A DNA stretch of 64,000 nucleotides. It comes from a virus (taxonomy: Duplodnaviria > Caudoviricetes). The notes under the pieces were generated by a model that saw only the letters and a list, made by a program, of their open reading frames with translations, made no database searches and was not told where the DNA came from. Positions 27,613 to 40,400 of this stretch are shown here, piece after piece; the first letter of the stretch is position 1, and each line of letters opens with the position of its first letter. The translations under genes and the position numbers were made by a program. The stretch is taken from IMG/VR virus record IMGVR_UViG_3300037851_000103, positions 1-64,000 of that record, one strand, 5' to 3'.

Positions 27613-27620
27613 TATAAATA
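27613..27620 (+). promoter_or_regulatory. T4-type late promoter TATAAATA
   Basis: Exact motif in the intergenic gap before ORF 27646. Confidence 0.65.
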
Positions 27621-27645
27621 ATTATTAACCATTTGAGGGTTTCAC

Positions 27646-28074
27646 ATGTTTAAATGGTTTATGCAATTATTTAAAAATGATTTAACAGATGATCAAAAAT
27701 TATTTAAAAAAATAAAATTGAAAATACAAGGTAGTCGATATGATCCTATTTATTTTACAAGCGAAAATAATCAAGAAATTATTTCTGTAGAAATTAAAAA
27801 ATTTATAGATACATATCAAAAAATGTTCAATATGTTATCAAATAATGAAAAGAATGATTGTTTAGAAATTGCACATAATAGAACCCTTCATTTATTAGAT
27901 CATATTAAATTTCAAAAGATAAAACAATATAAAAAGTTAGAAAAGAATTTTTCGGAGGATTTTTTAAAATTTTGGAATGATTATGCAGAGTGCTGTAAAA
28001 ATATATCAAGTTTAGATGAAAATATTAAATTAAATATAGCATCGTTGACCCTTAAGACTATTATAATGTCATGA
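27646..28074 (+). CDS. hypothetical protein
   Basis: 142 aa ORF, GAGGG SD; no family recognised. Confidence 0.7.
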   Translation: MFKWFMQLFKNDLTDDQKLFKKIKLKIQGSRYDPIYFTSENNQEIISVEIKKFIDTYQKMFNMLSNNEKNDCLEIAHNRTLHLLDHIKFQKIKQYKKLEKNFSEDFLKFWNDYAECCKNISSLDENIKLNIASLTLKTIIMS

Positions 28075-28658
28075 ATAAAAATGAAATTAGAGAACAAATT
28101 TTTAAAAGGTTGTCAAAAAGAAAATTAAATTCAACTATTATTGAAGGTATTATTAGTGAACATATTGAAAATGAATTATTTGTATTAGAAAATGATTTGA
28201 CTATTGAAGATTTACCAACAAAATCGGAAATGAAATGGTGGTTTCAAGATGCCCCGCATAAAAATATATTAAATGATGGTGTATTAATGGAAGTGCAAAT
28301 AGATGAGATATGTTTAACTGATAAATTAGCCACCAAAATATTTAAATATTATTATAAATGGAAATGGGAACCTAATAAAGAATTACCAAAAGAAATTATA
28401 GAATTAATGAAATTATCTAATGATACCAAACGTAAAAAAGAGTCTCAAAGACGGTTATTAGAGAATTTACTAATAGGAATTATAAGATTTAAACATTTAG
28501 AAAGACGGCCATATTTTTATCCTGCTGAAATAATAGAATTGACTGATATAGTTATAAAGCGATTAAAAATAATAAATAAAATTAATGATGGTTTTTTTGA
28601 GAAAGAAGATATAATTAATATAGAACCATTTTATTTATTTTCTGTAGAAGGGAATTAA
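28071..28658 (+). CDS. hypothetical protein
   Basis: 195 aa ORF coupled on both sides (ATGA and TAATG overlaps); no family recognised. Confidence 0.7.
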   Translation: MNKNEIREQIFKRLSKRKLNSTIIEGIISEHIENELFVLENDLTIEDLPTKSEMKWWFQDAPHKNILNDGVLMEVQIDEICLTDKLATKIFKYYYKWKWEPNKELPKEIIELMKLSNDTKRKKESQRRLLENLLIGIIRFKHLERRPYFYPAEIIELTDIVIKRLKIINKINDGFFEKEDIINIEPFYLFSVEGN

Positions 28659-30346
28659 TGAAAGTTGAAGATTTCCATAAAATGTCTTTCCAAACCTTTG
28701 GTATATACAGAGGCTTAATTGAAGACAACGTTGATCCCCTAGATGTTGGTCGGGTAAGGGTCAGAATATTTACCATTCATAGTTTTGATGGAGTAGAAAC
28801 GCCCGTTGATCAATTACCATGGGCTGAGCCAGCAATTGGATTGGCTTGGTCAGGCGGGACCAATATTTATAATAATGATTATGGAAATGATAAAACAAAG
28901 GCAATTAAAGGTGGCCGATATAACGTTGGAGACACTTCTATTGAAGAATATTCTAAAACTAGTTTGGATAATATTAGAAATGCTGAATTTTCTGAAAAAA
29001 GAGAAGACAAAATAACGAATGCCTGTGGTACGGGTGGAGACTTTGTAGTTCCAAAACGAGGCAATTGGGTATTTTTATTTTTTGAGGGGGGCAATCATAA
29101 TAGGCCAATTTATTTTGCAATGGCACCTATGGCAAAAGACTGGAATGCTACTAAAAATTGGCGAAATATAGAACTACAAAAGAAAATTGAACAAATTGAG
29201 GACTTTAAAAAAGATTTTAAACCAAGGGATCAAATAAAACCCAAAGAAAAATCGTGGGCCGACAAAGCGATTGTTAATTCATTAGTAGGACAACCAGATT
29301 TAAAAGTATTTCCGCCGGATGATGGCCAGAAAACAGATACTAACAGAGATATTCAATGCGTAACAAGTGCAAATGGCACTACTATTATTATTGATAATCA
29401 AAGCGGAAAGGAACAAATTTTTGTTATTCACAAAAATTGTCTTGATTATACTGATAAATATGGAAATAAAAAAATATATGTAGGAAAACAACGAGGAAAA
29501 AACGGAGATTCAAGCAGCAAAGACAAAATTGGCCCTACAAATTATGATATTGATGAATCATGTCATTTAGAAATTGGTGTTGAAGGAAACCATGATTTAC
29601 ATATTTTAGGAAATTATAATATCTATACTAAAGGACGGACCCATATACAGTGTGATGATACAATTCAAATTGATTCTGCTAAAAGCATTGGAATTGCTAT
29701 TAAAGAAGGTGATATTGATTTAATCGTAGAAAAAGGAAATGTGAATGCTGATATTGCTGGAAATCTTGATGCTGATATTGGCGAAAATTTAAATGCTCAC
29801 GTTTTAAAAAATGCAAATATATTAATAGAAGGAAATTTAAAAACTACAGTTAATAAACAAATTGATTTAATATCAAAACAAAATATTAATATGACATGTG
29901 TAGATTTTAATTTAAATAGTTCAGGAATAATTAAAATTAATGCTTCTGAAATAAATACAACTTCCAATATTTTAAAAATTTCTAAAGATGTAAATATAAC
30001 AGGATCCGTAATCATTGGAAATACATTAGACGTTAGAAGTGAAACCTCTGTTGGTAGTAATTTATGGGTAACTAATAATCTAAGTTGCGGAGGATCTTTA
30101 AAAAATAAAGGGTCGGTAGATTTGGGGTCGCCAGTAATGTTACATGGAGTACAGGTTGTTGGGGGTATGGGTAGCGGAAATGGAAAGCCCCCTGCGACCC
30201 CACAGTCTCCAACATCAGCACCGAAAGCAACTGAAGCGACCAAAGAAAATAGTTCTCTAAAGATAGATAAGGATTATTCATCATTAGAAAATAATGATTC
30301 TTATCCTTTTGATCCTCAAGAAAATAATCCAGGGTCATCTAAATAA
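28658..30346 (+). CDS. gp5: baseplate central spike, gp5/VgrG-like (OB fold plus beta-helix, no lysozyme domain seen)
   Basis: GIYRGLIEDNVDPLDVGRVRVRI, LPWAEP, VPKRGNWVFLFFEGGNHNRPIYF; long V/I/N-G beta-helix repeats. Confidence 0.9.
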   Translation: MKVEDFHKMSFQTFGIYRGLIEDNVDPLDVGRVRVRIFTIHSFDGVETPVDQLPWAEPAIGLAWSGGTNIYNNDYGNDKTKAIKGGRYNVGDTSIEEYSKTSLDNIRNAEFSEKREDKITNACGTGGDFVVPKRGNWVFLFFEGGNHNRPIYFAMAPMAKDWNATKNWRNIELQKKIEQIEDFKKDFKPRDQIKPKEKSWADKAIVNSLVGQPDLKVFPPDDGQKTDTNRDIQCVTSANGTTIIIDNQSGKEQIFVIHKNCLDYTDKYGNKKIYVGKQRGKNGDSSSKDKIGPTNYDIDESCHLEIGVEGNHDLHILGNYNIYTKGRTHIQCDDTIQIDSAKSIGIAIKEGDIDLIVEKGNVNADIAGNLDADIGENLNAHVLKNANILIEGNLKTTVNKQIDLISKQNINMTCVDFNLNSSGIIKINASEINTTSNILKISKDVNITGSVIIGNTLDVRSETSVGSNLWVTNNLSCGGSLKNKGSVDLGSPVMLHGVQVVGGMGSGNGKPPATPQSPTSAPKATEATKENSSLKIDKDYSSLENNDSYPFDPQENNPGSSK

Positions 30347-30377
30347 TTATATATTTTAAAATTATAATTTTAAAATA

Positions 30378-30385
30378 TATAAATA
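30378..30385 (+). promoter_or_regulatory. T4-type late promoter TATAAATA
   Basis: Exact motif ending 6 nt before the gp25 ATG. Confidence 0.6.
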
Positions 30386-30391
30386 AAAGAT

Positions 30392-30775
30392 ATGGCAGAA
30401 TTAGAATTTTTCAATGATCTTCCATTAGATATTACAGTATCATCGCAAGGTGATATATCTAAAGTTATTAATGCAGATTCTATTAAACAAAGTTTAAGAA
30501 TGCTTATTGATACAGCTAAGGGCACAAGAATATTTTTGCCTTATTATGGTTGCCGTATAAAAGCATTTTTATTTGAACCATTTGACGAAACGACTGCTAA
30601 AAGAATAGGCGAAGAATTACAACATACTATTAAAAATTACGAACGTCGAATAACATTATTAAATGTTAATGTTCAAATGAATTTTGATACAACGAGTTAT
30701 GAAATTAATGTTATTTATAAAATATCCTCTACGAATAAGATTGATTCATTAAATGTTTCTCTTGAGAGGTTATAA
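30392..30775 (+). CDS. gp25: baseplate wedge subunit, gp25-like
   Basis: SIKQSLRMLIDTAKGTRIFLPYYGCRIKAFLFEP...IKNYERRI. Confidence 0.93.
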   Translation: MAELEFFNDLPLDITVSSQGDISKVINADSIKQSLRMLIDTAKGTRIFLPYYGCRIKAFLFEPFDETTAKRIGEELQHTIKNYERRITLLNVNVQMNFDTTSYEINVIYKISSTNKIDSLNVSLERL

Positions 30776-30777
30776 AA

Positions 30778-33700
30778 ATGATTAATAAAGATATTATTAA
30801 TTATGCAGCAACAGATTTTGATGCGATAAAATCTGAATTAATAAATTTTATTAGAGAAACGAAAACATTTAAAGATGTTGATGTTGAAGCATCTAACATC
30901 AATACCCTAATTGGTTTATATGCATGGTTGGGTGCTAATTTTGGTTATTATATAAATGCTGTAGCCAATGAACCATTTTTATCAACCGCCAAACGCTATA
31001 AAAATTTAAATAGAATTGCTAAATTACTAAATTATAATCCCAGAGGTTACATTTCATCAACGGTTGATGTTATTGGGTCATTAACACCTGAATATTGTTA
31101 TGGGAAAAAAGATGTTTATATAGAAATCCCTGCATATTCAATTTTCCCATCAACAAAACCTACTCCAAGTGGCAATAATTTTACATTCACCAATCCCACT
31201 AGTTATGTGTATATGGTTCAAGGATTTGGAATTAGGACCGTTCAACAAGATGATTTTACTTATAATGGATTTAAACTTCCTTATACTGCTCCAAGTTCAT
31301 TCTGGACAGTAGATAATGAAATAACTTTTGATTATTCAAAAATAATGTTAAATCTTTCTGAAACTTTGCCATTATCAGTATTAGATAGATTAGATCCTTC
31401 AAAATTGAAATCATTTGATACTGAAAATGTTCCTTTATTTAATCCGTCAAATCCTACTTCTATAGGACAACCATTTACAAGAAATATTGAAATGAAATTA
31501 TCAACATTAAGATTTAGACCAAATATTACTTATCACATATTATTTTATTATGATACTGAGCAATCAAAACCATATTTAGAAATTTTACAAGATGGTGATT
31601 TAACTGAAGATAAATTAGATACTATTATTTCCTCAATACGATTAGTGGCAGATAATGATAATAATACATATTATACTTTAAAAGAAGTTCAAAATAATGC
31701 AACCGGCAAATTTTATTTGGGTGTATTAGGAATGAATAATTTAGATAGTATTAATTTTGCATTTGATAAATTGGAATCAACTGATTACGGGATTAAACAA
31801 ATACACATAGATATTAATAAAGATGGGACAAAATTGCCATTTCAAGTATTAATAAATGGACAAATCTACCAATTTAAATCGGGTCGTTTAAGTTCCCAAA
31901 TATTTGATTTGAATTCATGGGATATAAATATTCCTTATTATAATGTTAATTTAACTATCAATAGTCCTGAAGATGCTGATTATAATTATGATGCAAAATT
32001 AAATGTTACTTCCAAAGAAGTATTATATAATGAAGTTACTATTGCTAGAATTTATCCATCATATACTGATCCTGAAACTGGTATTGAAACATTAAAACGA
32101 AATATTGGACAACGATTTGGTAATTTTCAAGCTATTCCAGTAACTACAATTCAATCGTCAGAACAAAAATCTGGATTTGTAAAATTTGAAGATGGTATAA
32201 ATAAAATATTTATTGATTTTGATCAATCATTTACAGCCCCAACTAGCGGGACTTCAGAATATATAGTTTCATTAACTCCTGATGAAAATGTTCAAGTTTG
32301 GTATTCTGATAAAAATGAAGATGGGTTTTCTATTAATATTGAATCAAATACTGGTTTTGATGGAAAAGTCAATTGGATTGCCACAAAAATAAATGATGAA
32401 GAAACTAGAGAAATAGAAATTACATTTAATGAATCAATACCACAAATTGATGGTGAAGATGCAGATTATACCATATTTTTAACACCCTCTGATAATATTA
32501 GATGTTGGTATGAAAATAAAACATCTGATGGTTTCAAAATAAAAACCGAGAAAGCATTTACGGGAACTATTTCATATTCTACTTTCGTCTTCTCTGATAA
32601 TCAGGAAGTAGTTGATGAAGAAAATTCAGCAACCCAAAGAAAAGGTACTGTATCATTTTTTGGAAATATTGTTACAAAAGATATAACATTTGATGGGGAA
32701 TTTCCCAATAATGAATACGGGTTGCATATGATACCAAATAAAAATGTTAATGTTTGGTACACCAATAAAACTACAACCGGATTTACTATTAATATTGAAG
32801 AAACTGACGAAACCGTAAGTGTGGATTGGTATGCAGATTATTCATCAGTCTATAAATTCCAAAAACATGGAATGGTTAATTTTTCTGGACAATTAACAAG
32901 TGCTGGTACTCTACCTGGATTAAAATTTGAAAATATTCCAGAAACATTTATTGTCGAGAATTTAAAACAAGGAAATGTTTCATTTTCATACATTAATTCA
33001 AACGGTATAATAGTAAATGCTAATAATAATTTGAGAATACAATTTTCTGCTGATAGAAAATCCATTAATGAAATAAAATTTCAAATTCAAGAAGAAACTG
33101 TCTCTTATAAAGATATCAGAATTTTTATAAAAAATTCAAGTGGAAATTGGGAAGAATGGCTAAATGCTTCTGATATTTCACTTGGCGTTAATATTGATAT
33201 TGATGAAAAAGTATTTTTTGTGCGTGTCGAAGATACTAAATTGACCGAAGTTAGTTTCGGTGATGGCATAACATATGGAAGTGACCCATATGGAAAAGAA
33301 ATAATAATTTTTGGTTTAAAAACTGTTGGGCAAGATGGTAATATTCCACCAAATACTTTAGAAAAAAGTTTTATTTTATCAAGACAAATTTTAGGCGATG
33401 ATACTATTTCTATTCCATTTGAAGAACAATTTATCCAATTAATTGGACTGAAGACTGATACATATTTCAATGATGCAAACAATTCATTGCCAACTGTTGT
33501 TTATGATAGCGAAGGCACCCAAATAACAGAGGATATTTTTCAAGTTAAACAACCCAATTCTGCTATCGGTGGGTCATTTCCTGAAAATACCGAAGAATTA
33601 AGATATAATGCATTATCTTCCAATTTAAGACAAGATAGAATTGTATCAATAGAAGATTATGCATCATTTATGGTATCTGCTTTCAATGATATAATATTAA

Positions 33701-34383
33701 GAGCCATCGCTTTATCATATAAAGATATTAAAGATTCACAATTAATTGATAATTTTGATAATATGGACTATTTTTTCAATACTATTTTTTTAATAGTATT
33801 ACCAAAATATGGAAATACTATTACAAAAAAACAAAGAGATATGTTTATTGATGCATTAAATAAGCAATATAAAGCAATGGCTACCGTTAATCATGAAGTT
33901 ATATCAGCTAAATTAATACCTATTGATATTAGAATACGATTCAAACCCGTTAAACCGGGATTGTCATTATCAATACAAACTTCTATACAAAAAGTAATAA
34001 GAGATTATTTTGATAGAAATAATCATGAAATGGGTGAAACATTACATCATTCAGATTTAATGAATCAAATTCAAACAAACATTTCAGGAATTGATTATAT
34101 TGAAATGGCTTGGAATAAAGATGCACAAGATCAATTAAAATCTGGCGATTATGATATTGATGCTGTTACATCTGCAACAGAAACGGTTGCAGAAGTTAAA
34201 CGGAAAAAAATATTAGAATTATTAGCTAAAGACGCTTCTTTAATTAATATTGTTGAACCATTACTTGATGTTAAAAATTCTACCACCAATAAAAGAGAAT
34301 GGTTATTTAGTCAAAATATTATAATGGATAAATACGAATTTCCAATAGAAGGAGATATAATTATAGAATTAGATAATAATTAA
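30778..34383 (+). CDS. gp6: baseplate wedge subunit, gp6-like, with large insertions
   Basis: DFDAIKSELINFI, FLSTAKRYKNLNRIAKLLNYNPR, VSFGDGITYG..P, GGSFPENTEELRYNA...QDRIVSIEDY. Confidence 0.92.
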   Translation: MINKDIINYAATDFDAIKSELINFIRETKTFKDVDVEASNINTLIGLYAWLGANFGYYINAVANEPFLSTAKRYKNLNRIAKLLNYNPRGYISSTVDVIGSLTPEYCYGKKDVYIEIPAYSIFPSTKPTPSGNNFTFTNPTSYVYMVQGFGIRTVQQDDFTYNGFKLPYTAPSSFWTVDNEITFDYSKIMLNLSETLPLSVLDRLDPSKLKSFDTENVPLFNPSNPTSIGQPFTRNIEMKLSTLRFRPNITYHILFYYDTEQSKPYLEILQDGDLTEDKLDTIISSIRLVADNDNNTYYTLKEVQNNATGKFYLGVLGMNNLDSINFAFDKLESTDYGIKQIHIDINKDGTKLPFQVLINGQIYQFKSGRLSSQIFDLNSWDINIPYYNVNLTINSPEDADYNYDAKLNVTSKEVLYNEVTIARIYPSYTDPETGIETLKRNIGQRFGNFQAIPVTTIQSSEQKSGFVKFEDGINKIFIDFDQSFTAPTSGTSEYIVSLTPDENVQVWYSDKNEDGFSINIESNTGFDGKVNWIATKINDEETREIEITFNESIPQIDGEDADYTIFLTPSDNIRCWYENKTSDGFKIKTEKAFTGTISYSTFVFSDNQEVVDEENSATQRKGTVSFFGNIVTKDITFDGEFPNNEYGLHMIPNKNVNVWYTNKTTTGFTINIEETDETVSVDWYADYSSVYKFQKHGMVNFSGQLTSAGTLPGLKFENIPETFIVENLKQGNVSFSYINSNGIIVNANNNLRIQFSADRKSINEIKFQIQEETVSYKDIRIFIKNSSGNWEEWLNASDISLGVNIDIDEKVFFVRVEDTKLTEVSFGDGITYGSDPYGKEIIIFGLKTVGQDGNIPPNTLEKSFILSRQILGDDTISIPFEEQFIQLIGLKTDTYFNDANNSLPTVVYDSEGTQITEDIFQVKQPNSAIGGSFPENTEELRYNALSSNLRQDRIVSIEDYASFMVSAFNDIILRAIALSYKDIKDSQLIDNFDNMDYFFNTIFLIVLPKYGNTITKKQRDMFIDALNKQYKAMATVNHEVISAKLIPIDIRIRFKPVKPGLSLSIQTSIQKVIRDYFDRNNHEMGETLHHSDLMNQIQTNISGIDYIEMAWNKDAQDQLKSGDYDIDAVTSATETVAEVKRKKILELLAKDASLINIVEPLLDVKNSTTNKREWLFSQNIIMDKYEFPIEGDIIIELDNN

Positions 34384-34399
34384 AAATATCTATAAAACT

Positions 34400-34407
34400 T
34401 ATAAATA
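34400..34407 (+). promoter_or_regulatory. T4-type late promoter TATAAATA
   Basis: Exact motif upstream of ORF 34427. Confidence 0.65.
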
Positions 34408-34426
34408 GATATACAAGGAACTAATA

Positions 34427-37400
34427 ATGGCGAATTATTTTAGTGCCAATTTTAATTATGACCCTTCTATAATTTTTGCCCCTCAAAATGTTAATTTTGA
34501 AGATGCTTCAACTGTTGGGTATATTAAAAATGATTCATTGACTGTATTAGTAGATGAATCTGACAATACTTTAACTGATTTAACTATTGATTATGATACA
34601 ACGTATGCAAATAAAATAGAAAAATATGAATGGATTTTTGGAGACGGGACCGTTTCTAATGATCAAAATCCTAAAAAATATTTCCAATTTTCCGGTGAAT
34701 ATCAAGTAACGTTAAATATTTATTCAGAAAAAATATTTGATATTAACACAGCAAGATTCTATAGAATAAAAAATTCAAAACCTATTATCTTAGTTATTAA
34801 CTTAATGACTGTATCATGGTTAAAGAGTCACATGACTCCACCGCATATCAATGCCTTAGAAACCAATAATGGGTTTAAAGACCTTATATTATCAACATCT
34901 AAAATGTTTGATAATATGTATAAACAAATTACTGATATTTCAAATCTTTATGATATTGAAAATACTCCTTCCCAATTTTTAAAATATTTTAGTGAAACTT
35001 TAAATCATAAAGAATTTTATTCTAAAAAAATTGGTTATAATTGCCAAAATGCAACGGAAAATTATGAATCATTTTTAAATTATGATATTTTCAAAAAGAT
35101 TGAAAATAATATTGCTACAGAAGATGAACTTAAAAAATTTAGAACTTTTTTAATTGATACGATTGATTTATTTAAAGAAAAAGGTTCAAAACAATCTATT
35201 GAAGATTTTTTTAAATTATATGATTTTATTATAACTGTAAAAGATTTATGGACTAAAAATTTTGAACAAACCCCTATTGCTCCGATAGAAGATTATTTTA
35301 TATTAGATCCAACTTTAGAAAATACGAATAATAAATTTAAGTTTAAAGGTATTACTGTCTTAGGTTGGAATAATAATCTTGCTCAATTTAATAATAATTT
35401 TAATGCATTAATGATAGATAATTATCATTATATTACTAAACATTCATATCCTGCTGATGTTAATGATGATTTATCTACCAATTGTTTAAAAACATTTGAA
35501 ATAAATAATTACCCTCCGTATATTTACGATGTTCAAAGAGACGATGGAAGATCATTAATTTCAGATACTAAAAAATCTTGTGAAGGATTGGAAATTAATT
35601 GTACAACCCCATTAGAGATATCTTGTCGAATTGATGGTTTTGCTATTAATAAAAATTCTAATTATTATGAATCCAATTCATATAATGGTTCTTTATGTAA
35701 AATATGGTTAGCCCCTCAAAATTATGTTAGCAATTTATTAAATACTATTGGAAACATTCCAAAGAATGATGAAGAACGAAATGAAATTATAAGTGATACG
35801 TCAGACGATTATTTGTGGGCAGATTGGAAATCTGGAGCAACAGTTCCCCCCGAAATGGTTGGGGTGTCATCTAATGCTATTAGAGTTCCAAAATTTAATG
35901 ATATTTTGCCAGCCTTAAATTATAATTCAACCCCATCAAATACCAACTTATTACATATTGATACCATTAATTTTTCAACCTCGACTGATTTATTTATGGT
36001 TATGAGAGGTTTTATTAAAATAGATACTCAAGGATATTATAATTTTATTTTAGATATTGGGAATACAAATTCTACTCTTTCTACTCAGCATGTTGGATTA
36101 TTTAGTTTATCTAATACTAAATACTCTACTTTGGAAGACATTGAAAATTTAAATACCGTTGATAATTTAGTATTTAATCGTATTGATGGAGATACCTCTG
36201 AAGATGTTCAAGATGGAGAAAATACCGTTTCATTAACTATTAAAAATTCAGAATATGGTATTATTGAAATAAGACAAACTGATACAGTTAAAAATAGTGA
36301 ATGGAAATATCTATATCCTGGTTATTATCCATTTGAATTAAAAACAACTTATAGTTCGTCAAATATTAAAAAATTAAAGTTATCATGGGAAATGTGGAGA
36401 GAAGAATATAATTCTCTTACAACAAAATATCATTTTGTCAATAAAATTATAACTCAACCGATTCCTTCAAACAATTTATGGACCATTAAATCAATTGAAG
36501 ATTCTATTGAAAACACTCAAGGGAAGGGATTAATCACTATCCCTTCAGAAGTTTTAGAAATTGGCGAATCATTTAATATATCTTATGTTCAACCAACAAC
36601 AACAATAAATTATTCGGGAATTTTAGCAACCCAAAATAAGTATAAAGACGTTGAATTTAATATTAGAGTTTCTGTTAATAATCCAAAAATAGCTAATGAA
36701 ATATATTCAGATCTTCCTCATAATTCTTTCCAAGTATTATTTAGAGGGGTTAATTTAGGAAAAGATTTATATGCTGATATTGATTCTTATTATGCGCTAA
36801 TATATAATGGTTTAACCAGTGAATTTAGTTTGGCGTATGTATCGTTTGATAAATCTGCTAATATAGAATTTTATCAATATTTAAATCTCAATGCAGATAA
36901 TACAAATTTGGACGAAATTGTTTTAACTAAACCATTATTAGATCAATATAATAATACATTATTATTAGAACCAAATAATATTTATGATATTAAGTTAAGC
37001 GTTTCAAATAATTTAGTTTCTTGTTATTTTAGATTAAATTCAAATTATACGATGATTATGAATAATGTATCAAATTCAAATACTACTACATTGGGGCAAT
37101 TTGAAGATACAAACCCATATACAACAATTTTTGAAAATATTACATTATTACAAAATACTGAACAAACGCAAATATTTGATAATTTAGGAAAAGAATTAGA
37201 TATTTATAATAAATATGTCCCCATTACAGATGCCGGGTATTATGGGTTTGCAACACAAAAATCTCTCATAAATATTCACAAATTTAAAATTGATATATTA
37301 GATAAAATTGATGAAAATCTTTCCGAAAATGAAGATAAATGGCAAACAATTAAACCAAAATATCTTGATTCTAGAAATAATAAATTATTAAAATTTAATT

Positions 37401-40400
37401 CTTATGAAAATAATTCAATTAATACGCAACAAAATACTGTATTTGTATATCAAGTAACAGATTCATATAATAACAATGATTCTGTTTTATTATCCTCTGA
37501 TTTGCAACAAGTAACAGAAAATTCTATAAATAAAGTGTTTGCTAATGATATTTCCGCAAATAATTATGGAACTCGTTTTAATGTTTTACTGAATTATGAT
37601 TTTATAACAAATAATTTTAAATCAACTGAAGAAATTCTAGATCAATTAATTATTCCATTTGGAAAATTTTATAATCCTTTCATAAATTGGAATGCAATAA
37701 AAACAGACTATTCATCTGCTGCTCACGGTGGATATTATCCAATTCTTACTGAGACTACTGCTGTTTATCCTCATACGGTAGCTATAAGCGGAAGTAATAT
37801 TGAATATGTTTCCACATTAACAAGATCATCTGATAGAAAATCTCTAACCTTAAATACTAAATTAAATACTATTTTAAATATATATTCAAATAGCCAATTT
37901 AATGGAGTTTGGGAAGAAATTTGCCCAAATTCTGTTTCTGAAAAATGGGATATTTATGGGATTGGTGAAATAGACAATGAAGTTCTTGCTCCTATTTATC
38001 GAAATAAAAATAATGCAAATACTGATGATGCAGAAATTATAGGCGCACGTTTAATTAATAATGAAATTGTTAAACAATTGATATGTAGGTATTGTGAAAA
38101 TGCTATAATATGGGCTTTAGTTGATATACAATTACCCAATAATGCTATTAAAAATAATCCAACATATTTTAATACCGTTTCAAATGAAACTATAAGATAT
38201 TTTGTTCCTATTGGAAAATTATCATATGAAAATCTTATTTATTTATTGCCTATTGAAATTTTAAAAAATAATTTAGGAAAAATAAATATAGTTGGACTTT
38301 ATGCCAATCATAGTTATGAAGGATTTACCTTTGTTGATAATGATGATAATATTCAAATAAATATTGATGTATTCAATTATTGGGAAACTAAATATAATAA
38401 TAAAATAACTTGTAAATATTATTTAGATGTTACTACAAGTTTTATAGGAAAATTTGCTGCAAATAATATAATACCAATACAAAATCATACCCCGCAAAGT
38501 TGTGAACCTGGAACATATTTAGAACCAATTGAAACTACACAATGCAATATATTGCCAAACGCATTTTATATGCCAGATGCTATATCAGAAATACTTAAAG
38601 AAATTGAATCTACTTATACAGATAGATCATCTTCAGAACAATATATAAAATTTGAACAAGATTATAACTGGTGGAATCCTAATGGAGTATGGATTAAACA
38701 ATATGTAGAATCTAAATATGATTCTACAAAAATAATTTCTGGATTAAATCAAAATAATAACGATGGTATAACTTTATCCTTATTAAATAATCAAAAATTA
38801 TTATCTGCAAATTATTTAGTAAATATTGATTGGTGTGTTACTAACGTTGGATGGGATTATGATTATGCTATTGGTTCCAGAAATGACTATAATGTCGGTT
38901 CATTTTCACCATCATCAACCTATGAATTGATTGGGTTTGAATTATCTGATACACGGTTTTTAGTAAATAAAGAACAATTAATTTCTATTAACAATAATAT
39001 TAATGCGACTATTCCATTATCTACTGTTTCAACGAGTGGACAATCATTGATACAATTTGGAAAATATGTAAATGAAGAATCCAATGATTCGCAATATACT
39101 TTAAATTTATACGGATTGTTTAATTGGTATAATAGTCATGCTAATAATGATTATTTAACAATTGAAGACAACAGAGTTGGTTGGCATCTTGATGATTGGA
39201 ATGATCAAGGAAAACAATGTATCAAAATTAATAATATTTATGCCCCAATTCCCATTTCAAATTATCAAATAAATAAATATTGGTCATATTATCAAACATC
39301 TATACCTCCTTTCTCTGCAATTACTAAAATATCATTTAATAATTATATTAATTCTATATCTTGTAATGATAATGAAATAATTAATTATAATTCCATTATA
39401 ACTTTAGGTAGTTCAGATGAAAATATTAGTTTCTATTCTGTTCCTCCAATTGTTCAGTATTATCCAAAATGGAAAAAACTCATTGATTATGTATTATTAG
39501 ATAATTATATTATTCCAACTGATTATTTCTATATTTCAAATATAGATACTGATTATTATATAAAATTTAATAATCAACAATTTAATTTTGAAATTTTTAA
39601 TAATTCAAAAATTTATATTGAATTTTATAATGATGTTATTTTTAATAATTTAGAAAAACAATTATTTGTGGATAATTTTGATAATTCTCGTCAAATAAAT
39701 TGGGTGCATTTTAATGCTAATACAGATAATCATTTTGAAATAATTAATAGAGAACCAGAATTATCATTACAATTAACTTCAACTGTTGCTCCATATTCAA
39801 TTATAAATTATAAAAATGCAAAAGCATTTAAATTAGAAAATAAGAGTGAAGAAATAAATAATGATAAATATTCTGGAACCAATAATAATGATAAAATTGT
39901 TGGAGTTGATAATAATGATGGTTATAACAATATTATATCATTATCAACTATAGAATCTAATAATTATGAATATTATTGTGATATTATATTTGATAAAGAG
40001 TTAATAGATAATGGTTATGAGAAAAAATTTGAAATTATTTTAAAAGCAGAAAATAATTATAATTATGATTCCAAAAAATATGAATTAACAGATTTTTATT
40101 TTGTTGGTATTGGTTCATTTGATTTTGATATTGGATTTGGGATGAGAAGTGTTCAAAATAATGAAATAAAAGAAACATATTTAGCATCTTGGGGGGAATA
40201 TAATACCAAAGGTGTTAAAGTTGATACATGGTATACTTTAAAAGTCAAAATTACTCCCAATGAAATAAAAGTATTTTTTAATGAAAAATTTGAAAATCCA
40301 CGATTAATTTTAAATTATAACACTAATAAAAAGTTTGAAAAATTAACAGATAGATATCTTAAAGGACAATATGAAACCCTTCAAGCTATTTTGATTGGGT

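Noticed and set aside
28071-28658. Possible late sigma factor (gp55) or other regulator
   Set aside because: I recognised no gp55 or sigma motifs, so it is left as hypothetical.
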